Of a stretch of DNA of 64,000 nucleotides, positions 9,380 through 20,063 are shown one piece after another. The first letter of the stretch is position 1. The number at the start of each line of letters is the position of its first letter. The translations under genes were made by a program, and so were the position numbers. The stretch lies in assembly GCA_965644315.1 (NCBI GenBank), contig CBFFRQ010000018.1, forward strand, positions 434,001-498,000, written 5' to 3'. Under the pieces are notes generated by a model, which ran no database searches, was not told the origin of the DNA, and was given only the letters and a program-made list of their open reading frames with translations. This stretch comes from Caecitellus pseudoparvulus (lineage: Eukaryota > Protista > Bigyra: Bicosoecida).

Positions 9380-11179
9380 CTACCTTGATGCCTTGCCGTT
9401 GCCCGAGCGCTTCTTGTTCTTGTGGGGCTTGTCTGCGCCGCTCCGGGGCGCCTTCTTACCGCCTTTTCCCTTCTTCTTCTTCTTCTCGGCGCCCTCATTC
9501 GGGCCCTTCTTGGACTTTCGCGCCTTCTTCTGGGAGGAGCCTCCCCCCCCCTCCGCTGCCGAGGGGGACGAGGATCGACGGCGCTTGTTGCCGCCCACCT
9601 TCCCGGCGCCCCCCCGCTTGCTGCGCCCCGAGCGCGAGCTGTCGTCACCGCCAATGCTCTGGGCTTCGCCCGACAGCTTGGCGCGGCGCTTGAGCCGCTG
9701 CAGCAGCTTCTTCTTGCGGCGAGAGTCGGTGCCGGCGCCGGCCAGGATCTCGGCCCGCTGTTCTGCGATGGCCACGCTGTTCTGGTAATACGCCGCCTTC
9801 GTCGCTGGCTTGCGTGCTGAGACACTTCGTGGCGCGCCGCTCGCCTGCCCCTTGCCCGCTGCCTTGTTTGGCACGGTGACGATCAGTCCCAGGTCGTGGT
9901 CTGACGAGTCGTCGTGCTCGCCCCCTCCCGCCTGTGGCGGCGGTGGCGGCGTGCGCTTGTACGAGACGCCCTGCCAGGCGCCCCCCCCTGCCCGTCCTCT
10001 GCTGGGGGGCAGGCCTCTGCCCGATGACCTTGCTCTGCGTTTCTGCTGCGGGCAGTGCATCATCAAGTGCCCCTCCTCGCCGCACAGATGGCAATTCACC
10101 ACCTGCCCGTCCCGGAAGAGGCGTGCGCTGACGCTGAAACGCGGCAGCGTGCAGGCGTGTTCCCAGTGCTCGTCCGAGCCACAGTTGGAGCAGCCAGAGC
10201 GCCCCACTCCATCAGCCTGCAACAGTCCGATAGTTGGGCGGGCAGTGGGTGCCCAGCCCGCCGCGTGCCTGAGTTGCGCGACACCACACACAGCATGGCC
10301 GCGCTGGCCACAGGCAGCACATGTCACCTTACGTAAATCGTCCTCCAATGCAGCTGCCTGCTTCCCGTGGTGCTGCCTGGCCATGCGCAGTGCAGCGCCA
10401 CAATCGGGCGTCTCCAGCCCCATGAGCAGTGCCGTGCACCACTGGAACTCCTGGGACACGCCAGCCACAGCGCCGTGCTGTGTGGGCAGGGGAGCACGCA
10501 CGCCAAGCGGCCCAACCTGCTGCAAGATGCCCCGCTGCTCTTCTGCGCCGCCCAGGTAGCCTTTGCCCCGCCCGAGGCTGGCAGCGAAGGAGTGCCGTCC
10601 CCGCCCTCCGGAGGAGGCCCTGTCCTTGGCTGGGCACCGCCGGCTGTCGTGGCCCTGCCCCCCACAGTTATAGCACATGCGGTGGGGGCATGCGTTGGAC
10701 TTGTGGTGGCCACTGTCGTCTCCGCACAGGAAGCAAGCTTGGGGAGCTGGCGGGTTGGGGCACTCCCCCGACATGTGCCCCCTCTTGTTGCAGTTGAAGC
10801 ACTTGACGCTCCAGTCAGGGCCAGAGAAATACCGAGGGCGACCACTGCTGGCCTTGCCTGTGGAAGGGCCGGCGTCCCCCTCGCCGGCGGGACGCAGCGG
10901 AGCAGGAGTGGTCACGTCAGTGCCAGAACCAGCGGCCGCCGTCCCCGGCGTCGAAGGAGGGGCAGCACCTTTGTCTTGAGACGATGCGGTGGAAGAAGAC
11001 GAATCCTCATCACTCTCTATCCCTCTGCTGTGATCCACAACGTCCACACGTGCCGGCTTGGTGCGCTTTTTCAAGCGTGCAGGACTTGCGGAAATTGACG
11101 AGGAGCTCGAGGCCCCATCCAAGTCGCTGTCGCTGAGGTACTCCATGCCCAGGTTGCTCGCATGGTCGTATCCCGACAT
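9380..11179 (-). CDS. CCHC zinc-knuckle protein, Air1/Air2/ZCCHC7-like (TRAMP subunit candidate)
   Basis: About six CX2CX4HX4C-type knuckles (CFNCNKRGHMSGEC, CYNCGGQGHDSRRC, CSNCGSDEHWEHAC, CHLCGEEGHLMMHC) and a Lys-rich C-terminus. Confidence 0.8.
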   Translation of the reverse strand: MSGYDHASNLGMEYLSDSDLDGASSSSSISASPARLKKRTKPARVDVVDHSRGIESDEDSSSSTASSQDKGAAPPSTPGTAAAGSGTDVTTPAPLRPAGEGDAGPSTGKASSGRPRYFSGPDWSVKCFNCNKRGHMSGECPNPPAPQACFLCGDDSGHHKSNACPHRMCYNCGGQGHDSRRCPAKDRASSGGRGRHSFAASLGRGKGYLGGAEEQRGILQQVGPLGVRAPLPTQHGAVAGVSQEFQWCTALLMGLETPDCGAALRMARQHHGKQAAALEDDLRKVTCAACGQRGHAVCGVAQLRHAAGWAPTARPTIGLLQADGVGRSGCSNCGSDEHWEHACTLPRFSVSARLFRDGQVVNCHLCGEEGHLMMHCPQQKRRARSSGRGLPPSRGRAGGGAWQGVSYKRTPPPPPQAGGGEHDDSSDHDLGLIVTVPNKAAGKGQASGAPRSVSARKPATKAAYYQNSVAIAEQRAEILAGAGTDSRRKKKLLQRLKRRAKLSGEAQSIGGDDSSRSGRSKRGGAGKVGGNKRRRSSSPSAAEGGGGSSQKKARKSKKGPNEGAEKKKKKGKGGKKAPRSGADKPHKNKKRSGNGKASR

Positions 11180-11379
11180 GCCTGAAATTGCCTTTCAGTG
11201 CAGCTTCAAGGGGTTCACGCCTGCCCTTTGCCTGATGCAAAGCTACAGCCTTCTGCTGTCCCTTGGTTCCCAGGTTTGCCGGGCAGTCGCCACGAGGTGG
11301 GGGTGTTCTGGGCTTCTGTACAAGGCCAGGCTGAGGGGCAGCGCATGCTACCACCAGCCCGAATAAACACTGGTCTGGC

Positions 11380-13827
11380 TTAGCTTTTGGGCCGCGTTGC
11401 AGGCCGCGGATTCGTGCTGCGAGGTCGGTTACCCCCCCCAACCCCATCAGTCCACTCGGGCAGTGGACGTGGGGAAGCACGGCCGGCACCCTGAAGCGCT
11501 TCTCGAGGCTCGCTTTTCATGTCGCGGCACCAGGTGTCCCTGCCTCGCGCAGGTGTCCGCTTGGAAAGCAAGGGGGGTCGTCTCTCTGCAGAGCTGAGTT
11601 TCGTGGCGGCGGCGCCGCCACTTGCGCGAGTCACAACCTGCCCAGTCCCTATGTTCGCTCCAGGTGCTGTCCTTATCCGAGACTGCAGTGCAGTTTCAAG
11701 GGCGTCCAAGGCAGCTTTGATGTAGGCTGGTTGAGCTCCGTGCCCCGCTTGGCTTGGGCGGGATACGGGCGGTGCAGGTGGCAGCGACAAGTGGGAAGTG
11801 TGGACAGCGCGGGGCGGCGATGCGATGCCGCTCCGCAGCCGAGCTGCAAGTGCAGACGAGCGAACAAATGCCGCAGCTACACTGGGAAAGGTCGTTGCCA
11901 AACACACCCGACTGTGCCAGGACCACTGCTCTGGCAAGTCCAGTGCAAGTGAGTGGCACTGCCACTCGCTTCCCACCTGCCTTGCGCTGCTGCCGCAGCC
12001 CACCGCCACTGCTCGCACGCACGCAGATGCAACCGTCACCACTTCTGGACGGCAGTGTGTACGCAACAGGTGTGACTTGCACGCATGCTGACACGCCCTG
12101 GCGGACATGGCTGTGCCGATTCGCAACACTGCTGCAAGGCGCCGGTTTCGTGCGGATCCTCTGCGCGCTTCCGCGCGCAGCGCAGAAACGCCCCGACGAA
12201 GGCGCCAAGCTCGCTGCTGCTGGATGGCAGACGCCGTGCGCTGGGAAGATTCCAGCTGCAGGCGCGCAAATTCGTGCCATGCTGCCATTGCGTGCGAAAG
12301 AACCCGTGCCCGGTCATGGCGCCGCCCAAGCATCTCAGCACGCCAAGCACGCAGAGCCCGCCTTTCAGTCCGCAGTCGAATCTGAGTTTGCATGTAGTGA
12401 ACTTGATCCTCTTCCACTGACTGCCGTGTGTGGACTAGCGCCTTCCAAATTTCCAGCGCACGGTGGAGTGCCCTCACTCTTTGTCTTTCCGCCTCTAATG
12501 CACAGCTTGATATCGCACGCCGCAGAAGAACTCTGGCCGCAGCCACCCGCAGCCATCCGTGCAGTAGCAGGCGAATGCGCCTTAATCGCATGTTGGACGA
12601 AACTTCAGCAGCGGCCAAGCGGCGCTTTGCGGCTGTTGCGCAGACTGCACGCCACGTGCGCACGCTCGCACGCAGCGCTGCTGCACGCCAGTGCCTCTGT
12701 GCGTTCTCAAGGCGGGTCACAGCAAGCGTGCAATCTCCGCTGACCTCAAGCCATGCGGCGAAAGCACGGGACACCGTGCCGCGCCTGGCATCTGCAATGA
12801 CTCGGCCGGCAACAGTTGCCACGAGCTTGGAGCGCCGCACGACCCACAGCCAGCCCCCAAACGCCTGAGCCTTGCACCGCGTCTGCGCGAGCCAGATAGC
12901 CCGCCGCGCCTTTCGCTGCAGGGTTGTAACGTGGAAAAGGCGCCGCCACGCACCTTGCATGCGGCGGTACCTATCGTGCTGAGCAGCAAGCCGGCTGATG
13001 CGTTTCGCAGCCACGGCTTCCTTCGCAGCGGCCGACCACGTTCGCAAGCACCGCACAGCACGCTCTTGCCTCGCCATGGCATCCAAGCTCTCGCAGAGAC
13101 TTCTCCCAGATCTTGACAGCCGGGCTTGACCTCGCCAGTGCCGCACTGCTCGGCGCTGCACATGGAAGGAAGATACGAACGAAGCAGTTCGGACTCTGTC
13201 TCGCAGCGCCACCGCTGAGGCAGCGCGTGTTCTCCAGATGGACAGCGCACGAATGCAAGCCGCGAGCTGGGAGTGCCTGTGCAAGCTGTACTGGTGTTCT
13301 TCGCTCCACCTCCTCATCACGCGGCGCATCAGAGCCCGGCGGCCAATGCTGTCCACGACTCCGCTTTGCTCCAACTGCCTCGCATGCACCCTCCTCCAAT
13401 GGCAGCGCAGCCACAGCATGAATGCTTTCCGCAGCACGCATCGAGCATGGTACTTTGCCGCTGCCAGCTGTCTATGTCGCTCTGCGCGCACACGCCGGCA
13501 AGCGTCAGCCCAAGCATCCAAACACTCGCAGCTGGTCCGGTATGCACAGAGAGCAGACACCACTCTCCCAACGCGCCGTGTGCGTCTTCTGTGCTGTACA
13601 GCTTGATTCCACGAGTGAAACACTGCATGCAACCCAGACCCTGCTGCGGCATTGTCGGTGTCTGCAGGCGCGCCCCTGTCTCGTTCGCTCGGCTCCATGT
13701 GCCGGCCACCGGCGCCGGTCGTGTTTGAGGCTTGCCAGCGCAGGAAGAAACCAACCAAAGCCCCGCGCTGCGCTGCCGTCAATTGCCTGAGAGCATTAAG
13801 GGTTGTATAGGGTCCATGATCATCCAT
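11380..13827 (-). CDS. Sfi1-like centrin-binding repeat protein
   Basis: Arg/Ala-rich helical ORF with recurring LRRxFxxW-type Trp motifs (LRKAFMLW, MRRVMRRW, VSRAFAAW, LSHAMAAW). Exact start uncertain. Confidence 0.65.
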   Translation of the reverse strand: MDDHGPYTTLNALRQLTAAQRGALVGFFLRWQASNTTGAGGRHMEPSERDRGAPADTDNAAAGSGLHAVFHSWNQAVQHRRRTRRVGRVVSALCAYRTSCECLDAWADACRRVRAERHRQLAAAKYHARCVLRKAFMLWLRCHWRRVHARQLEQSGVVDSIGRRALMRRVMRRWSEEHQYSLHRHSQLAACIRALSIWRTRAASAVALRDRVRTASFVSSFHVQRRAVRHWRGQARLSRSGRSLCESLDAMARQERAVRCLRTWSAAAKEAVAAKRISRLAAQHDRYRRMQGAWRRLFHVTTLQRKARRAIWLAQTRCKAQAFGGWLWVVRRSKLVATVAGRVIADARRGTVSRAFAAWLEVSGDCTLAVTRLENAQRHWRAAALRASVRTWRAVCATAAKRRLAAAEVSSNMRLRRIRLLLHGWLRVAAARVLLRRAISSCALEAERQRVRALHRALEIWKALVHTRQSVEEDQVHYMQTQIRLRTERRALRAWRAEMLGRRHDRARVLSHAMAAWHEFARLQLESSQRTASAIQQQRAWRLRRGVSALRAEARRGSARNRRLAAVLRIGTAMSARACQHACKSHLLRTHCRPEVVTVASACVRAVAVGCGSSARQVGSEWQCHSLALDLPEQWSWHSRVCLATTFPSVAAAFVRSSALAARLRSGIASPPRAVHTSHLSLPPAPPVSRPSQAGHGAQPAYIKAALDALETALQSRIRTAPGANIGTGQVVTRASGGAAATKLSSAERRPPLLSKRTPARGRDTWCRDMKSEPREALQGAGRASPRPLPEWTDGVGGGNRPRSTNPRPATRPKS

Positions 13828-14137
13828 GCACTTGAGCAAGCGCGGCCGTGCGGGAGTTCCAAGAGAAGCGAAAGGCCAACAGAGGGAGTTTCAGGCACGA
13901 AACGCTGTCCGCCACCAGCCCACAATTCCAGCAGCAGCTGCAACAGGAGCTCTGAAGGGCATGATCTGCAGCATCTAAGCTCTGACGATTCCTGTGAGCC
14001 TTACATTTTCGTTCTATTTCAGGATTTTGGGCATTTTGGTGTGATGCATATCGGCAATCCGTGCAGGTGGCTTGTCGTGCGTCCTAAATTTGCTATATGC
14101 GTACTTTCACACGCACGAACCATACAGATCACCGGTT

Positions 14138-17100
14138 CTACAGTGCCTCAGCCATGGCACGGGCTGGCTTAGCAGTGTCAGCACCCACTTCGCCTGCCAG
14201 GAGCTGGAACATGCGAGTCAAGACTTCCATGCCGTTCACCAAGTTGGTCAGCCGAATGCGTTCGTTCACTTGGTGGGCGCCGTCAGATGCTTGCCCTATG
14301 GGCAGGTGCATGGCAGGTGCCCCCAGAGCCTTCTCCAAGAACGGAGTCACTCGCATGGTGCCACCTTCTCTCACAAGCAGGGGCCGCTTCCCCCACACTG
14401 CTTCAATAGCAGCAGCGGCTGCCCGGTAGTGGGCAGACTCGGGGTCCGCCAACCACCAGTCCGCAGCAGAAACCACCTGCACTTGCATGACATTGCTGCC
14501 TGGACGCCCCGCATGGCTGTGCAGCAGGTGCTTCACCAACGCAGCGGCCAGCTCAGCGGGCTGCTGGTCGGGCACGGTGCGCACAGACACGACAGCGGCA
14601 GCTGACCGGGGAATGACCGTGTCGTTGGCGGAGCTGGACGTGATGTGGTGCACAGTCAGGGCCGGGCGCACCCAGCGACGCAAGAGTGCCGTGCCCTGGG
14701 CGCCCCCCACCGCTGCTTCGGCGTCTGCATACGCCGCCCGTTCCACGTCGGAGGGGGTGGCAACATCAGCCGTGAAGCCCGGCACAGCCACTTCCCCAGT
14801 CTTGGGATCCAGGAGGCTTGCCATGGCAGCACACAGGTCCATGAGCGGCTCCGGTTGCATGACCCCTCCGTCGGTGCCTGCGTGCCTGTCTGTCGCGGAG
14901 TGTGGGCACGTGACCGTAGCGCGCACCTTCACCACGCCTCGCATGCCAAAGGTAAGGCAGGGGTGTTCGTCGTCCATCCACACATTGTTTGTGTTCAGCA
15001 CCAGGGACGTGCCCTCGAACCAGTCTTGGTTCCACTGCACAGCTTCCCGAAAGCCATCACTGCCGTTTTCACCTTCGCCTTCGACAAGGAACACAAAATT
15101 GGGAATTGGGGTGGCCTCGGAAGCCCCTGCCTCAGCGGCATCTCGCGCGTGGAATACTTTGGCGGCTGCAAAAACCGCTGCCAGGAGGGGTCCCTTGTTG
15201 TCAGAGGCGCCACGCCCGTACAAGAAGCCGTCGCGACCGGACAGCGTGAACGGCTCGCTGTCCCACCCGCCATGCCCGCCCCCCTCGCTGTCCCCCGGCT
15301 GCACGTCGTAGTGGCCGTGCACAGTGATTGTGGGAACACCAGGCGTCCGCCCGAGTCGCCCCAGCACGACCGGGTTAGTGCCAGCCACGACTTGCACGAG
15401 GCGCACCTCAGCACCAATGCTCGTCAACACGCCCCGCATGAACCGGGCAGCTTCCCAACACTGAGGACGGAGGGTTGGGTTGCTGGACACAGAGCGGATG
15501 CCGACGAAGTCGCGGAGCAGGGCCACCAAGCCTTGCGGCGATAAGTCCAGGTCTGGTTTGGACACGGCCGGCGTGGAAGTAGGCGTTGTGGCGCTGACGT
15601 GCTTGGGAGGCGAAGGGGGGCTCCCCGGGCTCCCGGCACGCACCTCCACGGCCAAAGTGTCCACTTGCACAGGGCTCTCACCTGCAGTCTGTGTGTACAC
15701 GAGGGCTGCTGGCAAGCCGGGTCCCTGGCGCCCAGCCCACTGGGACATGTCGCCGTGCGTCCGCGATGTAACTCCCGGCGATGCTTGGACCACAGCAAGC
15801 GGAGGTTGCGGTGTGGGGGAGCCAGGGGGCGGCCGTGCTGGCTCGTGAGAGTGGTGAGCACCCCGCTTGTCAGAGGCAGCAGTCATGAGCTCGGCCAATG
15901 AACTGACGCTTGTGGAGTGCCGCAATTGCCCTGGCTTGGACAGGGCGCCCACTCCTGAGGCTGCTGCAGGCGCAGCTGTGGCGATGGGGCCCAGGTCAGT
16001 CGCAGCGGCTCCAATGGCAGACTGGGCACCGTCCGAGCCTGGTCTGCCCAGGAGGATGTCAGTTTCCCACAGCCGCAGTGCCCCGTCTGTGCCCCCTGAC
16101 ACGAACTGGCCCGCCGCAGGGCCCGAGCGTGTGCTCAACACGTGGGCACAGCTGCCGTGGGCCTCCCGCACGACAGCCAGCGGGGCAAACGTCGCCAAGC
16201 ACCAGAGGCGCAGCGTTCCTGCCGCACAGGCTGACACCAGCACAGGGTGCTGAGGACGCTGCACGTGGCAAATGGACAAGACGCTGTCTTCGTGGCCCGC
16301 CAGCACATGCTGCCCAGCGCCACTGTCTGCGTCCCACACGCGGATGCTGGCGTCTTGGCTCCCCGTGAAGATCCGGCCGGCCCAGCCATGGGCACAGTAC
16401 ACACTGCCACTGTGACCTGTGCGTCGGGCGTGCAGGCGCAGCAAGCCTGAGACGCCGGACTCAGGCCACGCGCTGGCGAGGCGCCAGAACAAGACCGTAC
16501 CGTCTCCACTGCCAGAAACGACACACGGGGGGCCGCCTGCATGGTCACACTGAGCAAGAGCGTACACAAATCCGAAGTGCCCCTTGTAGGCAGCTGCCGT
16601 ATGGTACAGGGATGGCTGAGGTGAGTCGTCGCTGACCCGCTGCAGAGCAGATTGCACGTCGGCCAGAGGAAAGGCCAGCACCATGACCGAGGTGTTCTTG
16701 GTGCCTGCGATGACCAGGAGGTGGCCATTGTGTGCATCCTGCAGCACAATACCCAAGAGACTGTACAGGTCTCCACTGTTTGCCACTTTGCCAACATGCA
16801 GCACTCTGCCATCCCGCGCTCGGTACAGAGCAAGCCGACCGTCTCCACCCCCAGACAACACCACCAGCTCGGACAAGCCCCCTGGCCCAGGCAGCGGCAC
16901 TGAAACTTGAGACATGGAGACAATGCTCCGAGTGTGGACCGGGTGCAGGGTGGAGCAGGCGAAGTCCTCGTAACCGACCGCCCGGACTGGGCACTGCTCT
17001 GCACCAGACCTTGCCTGCACCCCTGCTAGGATCTGGTGCGCTGCAGTGTTGCAACTCAGGGTCAATACAGGAGACTTCAGGTCTACTCTCATGCTGCAGG

Positions 17101-17155
17101 CTGTATCCCCACCTTGCTCACGCGCAGCAGAGGCAGGTCCGCTTGCTTCTGCCAT
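14138..17155 (-). CDS. WD40 plus M20 peptidase fusion, Dug2-like
   Basis: WD40 repeats (GHFGFVYAL, SGSGDGTVLFW, GSQDASIRVWD, SGGTDGALRLWE) followed by M20 motifs HGHYDVQP, YGRGASDNKG, LVREGG and DGAHQVNERI. ATG at 17155. Confidence 0.88.
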   Translation of the reverse strand: MAEASGPASAAREQGGDTACSMRVDLKSPVLTLSCNTAAHQILAGVQARSGAEQCPVRAVGYEDFACSTLHPVHTRSIVSMSQVSVPLPGPGGLSELVVLSGGGDGRLALYRARDGRVLHVGKVANSGDLYSLLGIVLQDAHNGHLLVIAGTKNTSVMVLAFPLADVQSALQRVSDDSPQPSLYHTAAAYKGHFGFVYALAQCDHAGGPPCVVSGSGDGTVLFWRLASAWPESGVSGLLRLHARRTGHSGSVYCAHGWAGRIFTGSQDASIRVWDADSGAGQHVLAGHEDSVLSICHVQRPQHPVLVSACAAGTLRLWCLATFAPLAVVREAHGSCAHVLSTRSGPAAGQFVSGGTDGALRLWETDILLGRPGSDGAQSAIGAAATDLGPIATAAPAAASGVGALSKPGQLRHSTSVSSLAELMTAASDKRGAHHSHEPARPPPGSPTPQPPLAVVQASPGVTSRTHGDMSQWAGRQGPGLPAALVYTQTAGESPVQVDTLAVEVRAGSPGSPPSPPKHVSATTPTSTPAVSKPDLDLSPQGLVALLRDFVGIRSVSSNPTLRPQCWEAARFMRGVLTSIGAEVRLVQVVAGTNPVVLGRLGRTPGVPTITVHGHYDVQPGDSEGGGHGGWDSEPFTLSGRDGFLYGRGASDNKGPLLAAVFAAAKVFHARDAAEAGASEATPIPNFVFLVEGEGENGSDGFREAVQWNQDWFEGTSLVLNTNNVWMDDEHPCLTFGMRGVVKVRATVTCPHSATDRHAGTDGGVMQPEPLMDLCAAMASLLDPKTGEVAVPGFTADVATPSDVERAAYADAEAAVGGAQGTALLRRWVRPALTVHHITSSSANDTVIPRSAAAVVSVRTVPDQQPAELAAALVKHLLHSHAGRPGSNVMQVQVVSAADWWLADPESAHYRAAAAAIEAVWGKRPLLVREGGTMRVTPFLEKALGAPAMHLPIGQASDGAHQVNERIRLTNLVNGMEVLTRMFQLLAGEVGADTAKPARAMAEAL

Positions 17156-17395
17156 TTTGCTGAGCCAATTTCCGCGCACAAACCTGGGCCGCCCAGAGCA
17201 CGCTCCCGACCAGCTGAGTCCAGAGCCCGGTGAAGTAGAGCAAGAAAGTTGACCCACTTCCACGGATGCTTGTCAGTGCAGTAACGTGCAGGTGGATGCA
17301 TTGTGAGTGAAGAAGACGAATCACGCTAGGAGCGTCGTTGGCCTTGAGCAAGACGCAAACCCACGCTGCAGCTGCATTGACAATGGGTGCACCAA

Positions 17396-18286
17396 TCAGT
17401 GGCCACGCAGCGAACCATGAGAGACGGGGGCCGTCGCATTCACGGGAATGCCACACAGCGTCCCCATGGCCACGTGAACGTAGTCGAGGTGGTCCAGCAC
17501 GTTCACAGGAAGCAGGCATTTCTCGCATGCTGGGTCTTCGCCGCTGCCGTCGCACACCACGTAATCATCATTGCTCTCGTCGTACCACACTTCAGTGCTG
17601 ACATGGTGGAAGCCCATGAGCTCCAGCGGCAAGTGCGGCACCGGGTCACAGTTGTGCACGACGCGGAACTCGCCGGCCACGCCCATGGCCGCTTTGAAGG
17701 CGGAATAGTACGCGTCATCACCCACCCGCGGCTGGCCGAACGTGTAGGACTGCTGGATGTTGAACCCCTGTCCGTGCAGGTCCAGCATGGCCAGGGAAGC
17801 CATCGCAGCGCCAAGGCTGTGGCCTGTAACATACACGCTGCTGCCTTTCTCGGTGCCCTGCGCTGCCAGAGCTGCGAGGATGCCCGGCCTCAGAGCCATG
17901 TAGCTGTCGTAGAAGCCTTCGTGCACCTTGCAGGCCCCACAGTCCAGGATGGAGGCAGGTTTCAGCTTTGCAAACTCCAGATCATCCTTGATCCAGTCCT
18001 TCAGGCTGAGCGGCTCCGTGCCGCGGAAGACCACCAGCGCCTCCCCGGTGGACAGCTGGGAGACGTAGCTCAACACATTCCTCCCTTCGTTGTACTGCAC
18101 AGTGCTGCTGTTGCGGGCCAGCGGGTGCTGCTTGCAGGGCTTGCAGGACCACTTCTCCAGCTGGTCGCCAGGGCAATATGCAATGCTGGAGAAGAAGGCC
18201 ATCTCTTGAGCCAGCTCTGGCGTGTAGCTGGCCAGCGCCTGAAAGGCCAGGGAGCATGCGAGCAGCGCGGTCACGAGTTGACGCAT
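17396..18286 (-). CDS. Secreted class 3 lipase
   Basis: Signal peptide; VVFRGT, VHEGF, nucleophile elbow VTGHSLGAA, YTFGQPRVG, DPVPHLP and DHLDY. Confidence 0.93.
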   Translation of the reverse strand: MRQLVTALLACSLAFQALASYTPELAQEMAFFSSIAYCPGDQLEKWSCKPCKQHPLARNSSTVQYNEGRNVLSYVSQLSTGEALVVFRGTEPLSLKDWIKDDLEFAKLKPASILDCGACKVHEGFYDSYMALRPGILAALAAQGTEKGSSVYVTGHSLGAAMASLAMLDLHGQGFNIQQSYTFGQPRVGDDAYYSAFKAAMGVAGEFRVVHNCDPVPHLPLELMGFHHVSTEVWYDESNDDYVVCDGSGEDPACEKCLLPVNVLDHLDYVHVAMGTLCGIPVNATAPVSHGSLRGH

Positions 18287-18777
18287 GTTGATTCCTGGGC
18301 AGGGAAGCAGGCGGGGTGCGTTGCATGAGCCAGGTGCACTGCACTTGCAACACTTTGTTGCCGAGTCGCCCGAGCCGTGCTCGCCTCAAGGGCGTCCCGG
18401 TAACCACTCGTGCATTCAGCAGGGAAGCAAAGGTATACAGACTTGAGGAAACCAAGCCTCAAGGTGCAGCTAGACTCACGTGTGTGTGGCTCTGTTGCGT
18501 TGTGGTGGGCAGCACGCTGGCTTGAGAGCAAGGCGCCGAGCGGTCGAGACCAGGAGGCGTTCACACGCGCCCTTGCAGTGTCCCTGGTACACCTTCACGA
18601 CAGCATGAACAGTTTTGGCTGGTTCCAGAAATGCAAGCAAGGCCGGCGGGCCCTACCTGCAGGTGCGAATGCTGCCGTTGCCGCCCTGGGGGTTCCAAGA
18701 GACCATGGCGCACAGGACGTAGCGCTGGCACACCGCATGGCCCGTTTCCAGACTCACAGAAACGAAATCTGCTCCAA

Positions 18778-19843
18778 CTACTTCGCAGCTTGCGCCTGTG
18801 CCCCTGGCGTTGCCGGCGCCGCTGGGGCAGGGGGCGGAGCAGGAGGTAAAGCCACCGGCGCACACAAGCCATGCTGCCGCACGCTGACATCATTGTACAA
18901 GACGTGGGTGAGCAGGCACTTCGTGACTTCGTTCACTTCCATATTCAGGGCTGGGTACCGCTGAAACTCCCGATCAAAGGCGGGTGGGGACTTGACGTCA
19001 TTTGCCGCAGCCGACGCCAGCAGCGCCGCAATGGCGATGGCGCGGGCCGTGTACACTAGTGGGACGAGTGTGCTCATCAACCCGTACGCAATGCTCTGGG
19101 CTCCGTGGCGGACGAGGCGTGCCTGTCCCTCACTGGTTTCCCGCGCCCGCCGGTCTGCTAAGGTGTCCTGGGAGGAAGGCTGGGAGCCTGGCGGGGACAT
19201 GGTCTTGGCCAGTGAGTGAATGAGCCCATATGGGAGCTGCACAGTCAGGTCATATTGCAGGGCAGCCAGCAGAATGCGCTCGTAGGCAGTGACACCAGCT
19301 TTGAGTCGGGTGGCGGCATCGCTCAGCTCGGGCACTTTGCGGAGGCCAAAGGAGGGAGCCAGCATCATGCCAACGTGCCGCGCAGACTGTGGAGCCTCGT
19401 CCAACTTCAACGACAACAATACGGCAGCTCCAGCGACAAACTGTGCAGCGCAGCGCGAAGAAGCTGCGGTGGAACGTCCTCGGCAGGCCCGTGCGTAGGT
19501 GAACTCACCCGGTAATCATGCACCTTGAACGACGACTCAGCAAAGAACCTGTGGAAATACACCATTGCTACCGAAGCAGGCTGGCGCGCCTTTTGCCTGC
19601 ATGGGGAGGGGCGGGCGCCTAGCAGTACCAAGGTTGCCCAGCGTTTCGCCCGAACCTGAAACTCTCTCACGCATTGTCGACAAAGGCACTGACGATGTGC
19701 CGGATGATGGCACACCCAGTCTCGTGCATGATCACAGCATCATCAAATGAAATGCCGTCCTTGCGACTGGGGGAGTGATCACGAAGGTATTCGGCAGGGT
19801 AGAGCCAATCTTGGTGCTCAGTGAACCGGCCGAAGGCTGCCAT
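18778..19843 (-). CDS. Transcriptional cyclin (cyclin K/T-like)
   Basis: SPSRKDGI, AMVYFHRFFA, AAVLLSLKLDE and ERILLAALQYDLTVQLPY, joined by two GT-AG introns (about 19670-19597 and 19508-19441). Confidence 0.85.
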
Positions 19844-20063
19844 GGTGTGCTGCGGTGCACTACGGCGCAGAGGGCAGCCGTCTAGTGCCACCCCAAGTGC
19901 AAGAAGCGGTGCAAGATATCCCGAGGAAACTACAGCGCGGTGAGCGGCACCGCTTGGAAAACGCGCCGTGTTTGGTCTGGAAAGTGAGCACAAGCGCACA
20001 TTGTGGCGTTGGCGCTGACAAGCTGCAGTCGGGCGAGACTACACGCATACATTACTGGTACGC

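Noticed and set aside
9380-11179. Zinc knuckles as a retrotransposon Gag
   Set aside because: No protease, RT, integrase or LTRs nearby; knuckle number and spacing fit Air1/ZCCHC7.
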